Shown piece by piece: positions 25,803-32,000 of a DNA stretch of 32,000 bases. Positions within the stretch are counted from its first letter, which is position 1, and each line of letters starts with the position of its first letter. The notes below the pieces were generated by a model. That model was not told the origin of the DNA. It searched no databases and saw only the letters and a program-made list of their open reading frames with translations. Position numbers and translations under genes: made by a program. Source of the DNA: Methanopyrus kandleri AV19 (GTDB lineage: Archaea; JAADCQ01; Methanopyri; Methanopyrales; Methanopyraceae); assembly GCF_000007185.1 (NCBI RefSeq), contig NC_003551.1, forward strand, positions 390,001 to 422,000. Reading direction: 5' to 3'.

Positions 25803-26762
25803 TTGTACTTGGCCGAAGTGGCCGGGATCGAGGAGCTTAGTGCCGTCGCCGTCCTGGGTATCGGAGGCGGTGGCGATGTCGTCGGAGCCTGTCACACGTA
25901 CCGATGGATAAGGGAAGGGATCGAGCCGGAGCGCTTGGTCCTCGGAGGGCTCACCTGGGAGCGTGCCGTCGTCGATCCGGAGCCCGGTCCTCGATCGCGC
26001 GACGAGATCGTGGGAGACGTCGAATGGATCCACGAGCGTATTGGAATACTACGCGGAAGGGCGAGGCCTAGACGGGGTCAAGAGTTCGCGGAGTCACGCG
26101 TCCGACGCGTGTTGAGGAGGATGGGACACCGCGACGTGGAGATCGTACTGGTGGACGTCAGTGGAGGCGTGAAAGGGACCGTGGACGGTCTCAAGGCGCT
26201 GATCGAACACTTCGAGCTGGACGTCGTCTTCGGGATCGATGTCGGTGGGGACGCGTTAGCGAGGGGTGACGAGCCCGGAGTCGAGAGCCCACTGGCCGAT
26301 TCTATCATGACCTGTTCGCTGTCGAAGCTCGAGGAGACCGTGCTCGGGGTATTCGGGTGGGGGTCCGACGGTGAGCTGACCCGAGAGGAGCTCCGGCGGA
26401 GGTTCTCCGAGATAGCGGCTGAGGGCGGTTACCTCGGGGCGATCGGACTCACCGGACGCGATGTGAAGTTCCTGAAGAAATTGGCAGAGGTGGTGGAGAC
26501 GGAGGCCAGTTTGATCCCCCTCAGGGCGGCTGTCGAGGGCGAGCTCGGACCGCTGGAGATTCGAGGAGGGTACAGAACCGTGGAGCTCGGGCCGGCATCG
26601 GTGTGTACCTTTTACTTCGACCCGGAAGTCGTCGCGCGTGGTAGTATCCTATGCGAGCTCGTGGACGGCACCGAGAGCGTGGAGGAAGCCCACGAACGCA
26701 TCCGGAAGGAGCTCGGCATCAAAACCGAGCTCGACTGGGAGCGTGAGCGGGCCGAGCGCTGA
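25803..26762 (+). CDS. DUF1152-family protein
   Basis: AVLGIGGGGDVVGA near the N-terminus and GIDVGGDAL are typical of archaeal DUF1152. The start is uncertain (TTG 25803 or 25809, or GTG 25818). The ORF-track start at 25473 lies antisense inside the methyltransferase gene. Confidence 0.6.
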   Translation: MYLAEVAGIEELSAVAVLGIGGGGDVVGACHTYRWIREGIEPERLVLGGLTWERAVVDPEPGPRSRDEIVGDVEWIHERIGILRGRARPRRGQEFAESRVRRVLRRMGHRDVEIVLVDVSGGVKGTVDGLKALIEHFELDVVFGIDVGGDALARGDEPGVESPLADSIMTCSLSKLEETVLGVFGWGSDGELTREELRRRFSEIAAEGGYLGAIGLTGRDVKFLKKLAEVVETEASLIPLRAAVEGELGPLEIRGGYRTVELGPASVCTFYFDPEVVARGSILCELVDGTESVEEAHERIRKELGIKTELDWERERAER

Positions 26763-26912
26763 ACTCAGTTACGGAGTGACGCACCGCGACCTTCCTCGTA
26801 TTCGACGCTATCTGCCGAAAGTACAATCGTGGAGGTTTAGATCCACACCGACGTCGAGTGACGCTGTGCATTTGATCCCTCCCATCCGTCGTTACGATAG
26901 GGGCGGTCGGTC

Positions 26913-27761
26913 GTGCTCCTGAACGAGGTTAAGGTTCGGAAGATCGTGGAGCTAGCACTGACGGAAGACGTCGGCCGTGCGGATCTGACCTCCTCCATTG
27001 TGGAAGGTGAGCGGGCGGAGGCGGAGATCGTGGCAAAAGAGGAGGGCGTCGTTTCGGGAACGCTCCCGGCCCGACTGACGTTCGAACTCCTAGACTGCGA
27101 AGTCGACGTGCTCGTGGAAGACGGCGAACGAATTCAACCCGGCGACATCGTGCTGAAAGCCTATGGGGAGGCTACGGCCCTTCTCGCGGCGGAGCGAGTG
27201 GCGCTCAACTTCCTCATGCGGCTGTCCGGGATCGCGACGGCTACGCGGAAGGTCGTCGAGAGAGTCCGTGAGGTGAATCCGGACGTTATTGTAGCCGCGA
27301 CCAGGAAAGTCCATCCGATCACGGGATTTCTCGAGAAGAAGGCGGTATCGGATGGGGGCGGAGACCTCCACCGGTTCGGCCTGGACGATGCCGTTCTGAT
27401 CAAAGATAACCACCTGGCGCTGGTCGGGTCGGTCCGGGATGCCGTGCGGCGGGCGAGGGAGCGGGTGGGTTTCACCAAAGTAATCGGCGTGGAAGTCGAG
27501 TCGATCGAAGACGCCGTTGAGGCCGCGAAGGCGGGCGCGGACCACGTGTTGCTGGATAATATGAAACCGGCGGAGATCCGGCGGGCGGTGAACGAAGTTC
27601 GGAAAGTCCGTGAAGATGTGATCCTGGAGGCTTCCGGTGGCATCACGCCCGAGAACGCACCCGAGTACGCGGAAACCGGAGTTGATGTGATCTCGCTCGG
27701 GTGGTTGACACACTCCGCGCCGGCCTTGGACCTGAGCATGCGGGTTCGACGGATGACATGA
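26913..27761 (+). CDS. nadC: nicotinate-nucleotide pyrophosphorylase (quinolinate phosphoribosyltransferase)
   Basis: GTG start. LTEDVGRADLTS, ERVALNFLMRLSGIAT, ATRKVHPI, LIKDNH, LLDNM and EASGGIT are NadC motifs. Confidence 0.92.
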   Translation: MLLNEVKVRKIVELALTEDVGRADLTSSIVEGERAEAEIVAKEEGVVSGTLPARLTFELLDCEVDVLVEDGERIQPGDIVLKAYGEATALLAAERVALNFLMRLSGIATATRKVVERVREVNPDVIVAATRKVHPITGFLEKKAVSDGGGDLHRFGLDDAVLIKDNHLALVGSVRDAVRRARERVGFTKVIGVEVESIEDAVEAAKAGADHVLLDNMKPAEIRRAVNEVRKVREDVILEASGGITPENAPEYAETGVDVISLGWLTHSAPALDLSMRVRRMT

Positions 27762-27778
27762 AGAGTGTCGGGATATCC

Positions 27779-28756
27779 TCACTTCCGAGACCGGTACTCG
27801 AGCTCGCGGACGAAATCGCTCAAGGTCATCACGAACCGGGCGTCGGCGACGCGGTGAGCGTACGCGTCGGGATCCGGATTGACGGAGACCACGAAGTCGG
27901 AGCGGAAGTCGACGGCGAATGTGTCGTAAGAAGCGCCGACGAGGACCAGCAGTTCCTCCTCGACGACGTTACCCGTGTTGACACCCGTCGGCGGGATCCC
28001 GGGCAGGAACTTGGAAGCGTGTTTGGTGCAGTACAAGCGGACGTCGAGGCCTAAGCTTTCGAGAATTTCGACGAGGCGGTCCAGTGCATCCCGGTCGTCA
28101 TTGAGGGAAGACGTGAACGCCGGTAGGTCCCTCGAAATGTCACCTAGCACACCCTTACCGACGACTACGGCGACGGTGTCGTAGAAATCAATGGCACGGA
28201 GGAGCTCGTCCCAATCGGCTTCGCCGGTAGGTTCGACCTCAGGCTTTCCAGGCGGATGGCTCGAGAGCAGAAGGTCCTCGGTGAGGACTACGCAGGCGAG
28301 CCTGTGCTCATCTCGGGAGGATTCGGCGGCGTCGAGGATGGTCTCGTAGATATCATCTTGAGTCTCGGGGATCTCGACGCGGAGTTTCAGGTCGCGTAGG
28401 ACGTCGGGGAGCTCGACGGAGCAGGTGTAGGAACCGCGGCCATCGGCATCCAAGCCGATGATGAGGAGTCCGGGCCAGTCACCCTCCTCGGCTAGGAGTT
28501 GGGCGGCGACGTAGGCACCCTTATCCTTGAGCACGGCGACACCGTAGCCGTCGGCTTGGGCGAGACCGATCACGATCCCGACCGCGTCGAACTCGGAGGC
28601 GACGGGTACGACCTCGAACGGATGATCACTTTCCTCCAGTGCGCGGACGACCTCGTTGAGCGGAAATCCCGGCAGGTACGCCACGACGTCGGGTTCGAGG
28701 TCGTGAAGGGCGCGGATGACCTCGTGTGACCCTATAGGAAGGTAATCGGTCGACAT
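27779..28756 (-). CDS. ThDP-dependent enzyme subunit: pyrimidine-binding (Pyr) domain plus central DHS-like domain
   Basis: I chose the ATG at 28756 (MSTDYLPIG...). The Pyr domain carries the conserved Glu (VPVASEFDAVGIVIGLAQADGYGV...WPGLLIIG). The C-terminal half fits the ThDP-enzyme central domain pattern (VAVVVGKGVLG...LGLDVRLYCTKHASKFLPG...LLVLVGAS). Confidence 0.7.
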   Translation of the reverse strand: MSTDYLPIGSHEVIRALHDLEPDVVAYLPGFPLNEVVRALEESDHPFEVVPVASEFDAVGIVIGLAQADGYGVAVLKDKGAYVAAQLLAEEGDWPGLLIIGLDADGRGSYTCSVELPDVLRDLKLRVEIPETQDDIYETILDAAESSRDEHRLACVVLTEDLLLSSHPPGKPEVEPTGEADWDELLRAIDFYDTVAVVVGKGVLGDISRDLPAFTSSLNDDRDALDRLVEILESLGLDVRLYCTKHASKFLPGIPPTGVNTGNVVEEELLVLVGASYDTFAVDFRSDFVVSVNPDPDAYAHRVADARFVMTLSDFVRELEYRSRK

Positions 28757-29226
28757 CTCATCTCCACTAGACTCGGTCCTTCCTTCCGACACCGCTTCAG
28801 CACCTCCAGTGCCTCTTCGACGCTTTCGGCGATCTCGGCGGGGTCGAAACCCATGGAACGGGCTATATCGGCCGGCGAGGTGTGAACGGCCGGGTTCTCC
28901 TGGCCTCCCGTCATCCCCCACGCCGCATCGGTCACGACCACCACCGTCAAGTTCTCGAAGCGATCGCGGTTCTGAGCCACGGTAGCCAAAGTGTGTAAAT
29001 GCATGAAGAAGCCACCGTCGCCGACGATACAGTAGACCCTCCCACCGTCGGTTCCGAGGCAGTGACCCAACGCCACGGACATCGAGCCGCCCAGCGCGCC
29101 AGTGCCTCCGTCCGGATCCAAGCCTACCTTGGCCGCGGCGATGGTGTGATCGCCTAAGTCCACGATCACCCGATCCTCCTCTTTCAAGACCTTCCGAAGT
29201 GCGAGGAGAGCTTCCTCCGGCCGCAA
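28732..29226 (-). CDS. ThDP-dependent enzyme subunit: diphosphate-binding (PP) domain, sulfopyruvate/phosphonopyruvate decarboxylase beta (ComE)-like
   Basis: GGSMSVALGHCLG and the IVGDGGFFMH...VVVVTDAAWGMTGGQ ThDP/Mg motif are present. The ...TGGQ pattern is ComE/Ppd-like. The gene overlaps the downstream Pyr-domain gene by 25 nt. Confidence 0.72.
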   Translation of the reverse strand: MRPEEALLALRKVLKEEDRVIVDLGDHTIAAAKVGLDPDGGTGALGGSMSVALGHCLGTDGGRVYCIVGDGGFFMHLHTLATVAQNRDRFENLTVVVVTDAAWGMTGGQENPAVHTSPADIARSMGFDPAEIAESVEEALEVLKRCRKEGPSLVEMRCRPITFL

Positions 29227-29242
29227 CGTCGTTCCCTCACTA

Positions 29243-29641
29243 TCATTCCAGCAGGTACACTATACCCTTGTCCAGATCCACCTCCACTTCGCTACCCTCT
29301 GGGGGCATGAGGTGCTCATGCTCTTCGCCGTGACAGGGTGCATCCTCGGGGATCTCGGGCTCTACTAGGAGGTCCTTTACATCATCGTCGATGGGTTTCG
29401 CCTCCCTTACAACGGGGATGGTACCGTCCTCGGAGAGCGTCCGAACGTCTCCGGTACAGATTATGGCAACGGCACCCATCACTTCGGGGTACGTGTCGTA
29501 GGCTCCCCCGAGGTCTTGGGTGAAGACTGCTTGTCCCTCTTCGATCTCGACTATGCGGTCCGGGTGGGTTATGTGGATGACCTCACCGCTTACCTTACCC
29601 TTGCCGCGCACGGTTTCCCCTCGCAGCACCGGTGTCGGCAA
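29243..29641 (-). CDS. small protein with possible swivelling beta/beta/alpha domain (PEP-utiliser mobile / AcnX-swivel-like), acidic His-containing tail
   Basis: TTG start preceded by GGGGGA. GKGKVSGEVIHI and MGAVAIICTGDVRTLSEDGTIPVV loosely resemble swivel-domain patterns, but no phospho-His motif is present. The gene lies 16 nt upstream of the ThDP genes. The family call is weak. Confidence 0.35.
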   Translation of the reverse strand: MPTPVLRGETVRGKGKVSGEVIHITHPDRIVEIEEGQAVFTQDLGGAYDTYPEVMGAVAIICTGDVRTLSEDGTIPVVREAKPIDDDVKDLLVEPEIPEDAPCHGEEHEHLMPPEGSEVEVDLDKGIVYLLE

Positions 29642-29672
29642 GTCGGTTCCCCCGTCAGCTCGGGACCGGCAT

Positions 29673-29683
29673 CCTTATTTGGG
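29673..29683. promoter_or_regulatory. AT-rich box CCTTATTTGGG, candidate shared TATA element in the divergent spacer
   Basis: This is the only AT-rich element between the divergent starts at 29641 (-) and 29733 (+). It lies about 35 nt from the first and about 55 nt from the second. Confidence 0.25.
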
Positions 29684-29732
29684 TTCTTCATTCCGGATAG
29701 CCTGCGACACTTGCCCTCGGAGGGGTAGTCCG

Positions 29733-30248
29733 TTGGAAGAGCGAATCAGATGCGAGATATGCGGACGCGTGATCAACGGTCGACCTAAGGTCGTGAAGGT
29801 GGAAGGATCGGAACTGCGGGTGTGCGAGGAGTGTGCCAAGTTCGGTCGTGAGGTGGTCAAGCCGCGACCTCGCCGTGAGACCGGACGGGTGCAGCGTGAG
29901 CGCCGCCCACGGCGCAGACCCACCGGCGCGAGACGAAGACCGAGAGGGTTCGATCCCTTCAGCGAGGGGCTGGAGGTAGTTCCGGATTACGACGAGCGTG
30001 TCCGCGAGGCTAGGGAACGTAGAGGTTGGAGCCAGGAGGACCTAGCCAAGAAGATCGGAGAGAAGGTTTCGGTGATCCGGCGTATTGAATCGGGCAAGAT
30101 GGAACCGGACGTCGAGCTGGCGCGCAAGCTGGAGAGGGTCCTGGAAATAGAGCTCCTAGAGCGGGTGAGTGAAGAGGACACCGGATCCGTGGGGATCGGG
30201 AGCGGCGAGCTGACGCTGGGTGATGTAGTGGAGATTAGGAAGAAGTGA
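29733..30248 (+). CDS. archaeal MBF1 (Zn ribbon plus Cro/C1-type HTH)
   Basis: The TTG at 29733 is preceded by GGAGGGGT. The N-terminal zinc ribbon is CEICGR...CEECAKFG. The C-terminal HTH is RERRGWSQEDLAKKIGEKVSVIRRIESGK. Confidence 0.85.
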   Translation: MEERIRCEICGRVINGRPKVVKVEGSELRVCEECAKFGREVVKPRPRRETGRVQRERRPRRRPTGARRRPRGFDPFSEGLEVVPDYDERVREARERRGWSQEDLAKKIGEKVSVIRRIESGKMEPDVELARKLERVLEIELLERVSEEDTGSVGIGSGELTLGDVVEIRKK

Positions 30249-30251
30249 GCG

Positions 30252-30884
30252 TTACACCGGAGACGTGCGAAGTATCAGCGTAACCACGACGATCGCTAGG
30301 GCAACCGAGACCAGGGCGAATCCGTAAGTTCGAATGTCGATGTGCGCGCTCCGACGCTCCTCCACCACGCGCTCTGCCACTTTCATGCAGAGCTCCCGAG
30401 CCTTATCTTCAACCTCATCCTCGTCACCGTTCGCGTATATTCGTAGCCGACCACGATCGCTGTCGATGACGAGGAGAACGTCCGCTTCCACACCCCGCTC
30501 GTAGTCGCACACTTCTTTGAACTGCTCTTTGACCAGGGAGAGCACCTCGTTGATCGTGTACTCGTCCGCGGGAACGTCCAGGAGAAGCTTCCCATCGACC
30601 TCCGTGTCTTCATCAACTATCGCCACATCACAACGCTTGATCGGAAGCGATTCCTCGGAAGTTTCGAGTTTCTCATCGATGGAGAATTTATTGAGATAAT
30701 CCTTACCGAACAGGATCACCTTCCCGGTTTCTTTGCACACCGAAGAAAGGACACCTTTGTTGAACTCGTCGATGTCCTCACCGACCACTATCACCACATC
30801 GTTCTTCGCGGACTTAACGAGGCTCATTACCTCCGGAATCGTCCAGCCCCTCCTTAAGACCAGTAACGTTGCCCGCCGTCTCAC
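30252..30884 (-). CDS. tail-anchored hypothetical protein
   Basis: The GTG at 30884 is preceded by GGGTGGAG (SD-like). There is no N-terminal signal peptide. A single C-terminal TM helix is present (YGFALVSVALAIVVVTLIL). The gene overlaps the upstream actin-fold gene by 71 nt. Confidence 0.55.
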   Translation of the reverse strand: MRRRATLLVLRRGWTIPEVMSLVKSAKNDVVIVVGEDIDEFNKGVLSSVCKETGKVILFGKDYLNKFSIDEKLETSEESLPIKRCDVAIVDEDTEVDGKLLLDVPADEYTINEVLSLVKEQFKEVCDYERGVEADVLLVIDSDRGRLRIYANGDEDEVEDKARELCMKVAERVVEERRSAHIDIRTYGFALVSVALAIVVVTLILRTSPV

Positions 30885-32000
30885 TTACTCCACCCTCGAC
30901 CTCTTGGAGTTCGTCTACCGGGATGAGGATGGGCCCCATCTCCTTAACTTGGACTATTTTGTACTCCTTCGGGAGCGTGTCCACGGTATCTTCCACTTCC
31001 GACCCACTGACGTTCACCTTAACGCCATCGACGTCGTCCGTGCTGTCTACACCCTCGAACTTGATAGTTACCGTACCAGCGTACGCCCGGCCACGGAGTT
31101 CCGCTGTTACGGGCGCTGGTTGCATCAGGATTATCTCCTTAATGGCACTAATGATGGCTTCCTTCAGCCCCGTCCTCCTCGGGATCTTTACGGAATCTTC
31201 GATCCGGCCCCCTACTTCGAGGTAATACCGACCTTCGGGGGCTCGGAACTCATCGATGACCACTTTCACATCACGACCGGAGCACTGCTGACATAGGGCG
31301 GTATCGCGGAGTACGGAGACCGCCACCACACGCATGGGTCCCGCGAGTTGCTTTCCGATGTGTGGTATCTTCGAAGCTTCGAGCATCTCCACTCTGGGTA
31401 CTATCCCTAGGTAATCACGATAGGCATCAAGAATAGCTTCCCGAACGGCCGTTTCAGCCTGATCGAGCAAGACTCCGCCTCCGTACAACTCGACCCGCTC
31501 CGGGACGTTCATGTCTAAGCTCCTGATGATACTCTTAACGGCCGACCTCACGGCGTCCCGGACGTACTCCGCGACCTCTTCGATGGCCTCCAACACCTCA
31601 CGGCGGGTAAGGTCGTACCGTGAGAGTTCCGAATCGGCCATCGGCGAATTGATCTTCTTTTTGATATTTTCCGCTTCTTCATATGTTAGTCCTAAATCAT
31701 TAGCTATGGCTAAGGTAAAATCACGTCCGCCAACTTTAATAGAATGACACACTTCCACAAGTGTGTTACGCACAACGGAGATATCCGTAGTACCTCCACC
31801 GGAATCAATTAGGAGGCAGTTCTCGATTTTGTAATCTCTGATCGCTTTGGCCACGGCGAGGGGTTCAACCGATATCGTGATTAACTTCATATTAAGGAGC
31901 CTAGCGATGCGCTCTAGGTTATTAATGAGCCCCAAGCTTGTATTCGATACTATGGCCCTGAACTGCAAGTGAGTGACTTGAGAACCGATGAGACCGTCGG
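30814..32000 (-). CDS. FtsA/PilM-type actin-fold (ASKHA) ATPase with about 150-aa C-terminal extension; 5' end outside window
   Basis: The frame stays open to the window edge (DGLIGSQVTH.QFRAIV...). EPLAVAKAI, LLIDSGGGTTDISVV, IKVGGRDFTLAIANDLGLTYEEAENIKKK and VELYGGGVLL follow the order of the FtsA/PilM/EutJ phosphate and adenosine motifs. Confidence 0.7.
   Translation of the reverse strand, partial: DGLIGSQVTHLQFRAIVSNTSLGLINNLERIARLLNMKLITISVEPLAVAKAIRDYKIENCLLIDSGGGTTDISVVRNTLVEVCHSIKVGGRDFTLAIANDLGLTYEEAENIKKKINSPMADSELSRYDLTRREVLEAIEEVAEYVRDAVRSAVKSIIRSLDMNVPERVELYGGGVLLDQAETAVREAILDAYRDYLGIVPRVEMLEASKIPHIGKQLAGPMRVVAVSVLRDTALCQQCSGRDVKVVIDEFRAPEGRYYLEVGGRIEDSVKIPRRTGLKEAIISAIKEIILMQPAPVTAELRGRAYAGTVTIKFEGVDSTDDVDGVKVNVSGSEVEDTVDTLPKEYKIVQVKEMGPILIPVDELQEVEGGVSETAGNVTGLKEGLDDSGGNEPR

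Noticed and set aside
26829-26846. Hairpin GTGGA-GGTTTAGA-TCCAC, which looks superficially like a tRNA T-arm.
   Set aside because: The loop is 8 nt and lacks the TTCRANY consensus. No complementary acceptor-stem partner for the downstream ACCGACG lies about 70 nt upstream. There is no D-arm or anticodon arm.
1-32000. CRISPR arrays, transposases or integrases, IS-type inverted repeats, rRNA and tRNA genes.
   Set aside because: I saw no regularly spaced direct repeats, no transposase- or integrase-like ORF and no tRNA cloverleaf or rRNA-like conserved stretch by eye. The low-GC patches have no recognisable mobile-element boundaries. A computational repeat or tRNA scan could still find something I missed.

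Overview
The window is archaeal. It is GC-rich (about two thirds G+C on representative lines), gene-dense and encodes acid-rich proteins. It combines archaeal ribosomal proteins, SepRS, a CfbA/CbiX-type small chelatase and a ComDE-like ThDP enzyme. This fits a hyperthermophilic methanogen such as Methanopyrus, but that assignment is inferred and was not searched. I support 43 protein-coding features (one gene is listed as two frameshift fragments), one candidate C/D box sRNA and three weak promoter candidates. I saw no rRNA, tRNA, CRISPR array or mobile element. Recognisable genes: uL3-uL4-uL23-uL2 (- strand); a 14-gene + strand array (GINS-like, eL42, eS27, aIF2-alpha, Nop10, PAC2-type chaperone, membrane protein, archaeosortase-family protein, EndoQ, GCS2-like ligase, amidohydrolase, wHTH-hydrolase fusion, CfbA/CbiX, AroD); a - strand array (Thi4, two membrane-anchored coiled-coil proteins, SurE, DapF, DapH, TrpG, TrpE, SpoIIM-like protein, SepRS); then translin, a NOL1/NOP2/Sun methyltransferase, DUF1152, NadC and MBF1. 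Most interesting observations: (1) a translationally coupled ligase/amidohydrolase/wHTH-hydrolase trio, a possible uncharacterised amide-bond system; (2) sharp intragenic drops to about one third G+C in that trio and in the FtsA-like gene; (3) a minimal archaeosortase-family protein, and 13.6 kb away a frameshifted secreted protein with a sorting-signal-like C-terminus; (4) a split, order-permuted ThDP enzyme co-operonic with a swivel-domain-like protein; (5) an FtsA/PilM-type actin-fold ATPase overlapping a tail-anchored protein gene, plus a coupled pair of membrane-anchored coiled-coil proteins; (6) a symmetric C/D box sRNA candidate antisense to the sepS stop codon. All family assignments come from motif recognition by eye and need HMM or structure confirmation.
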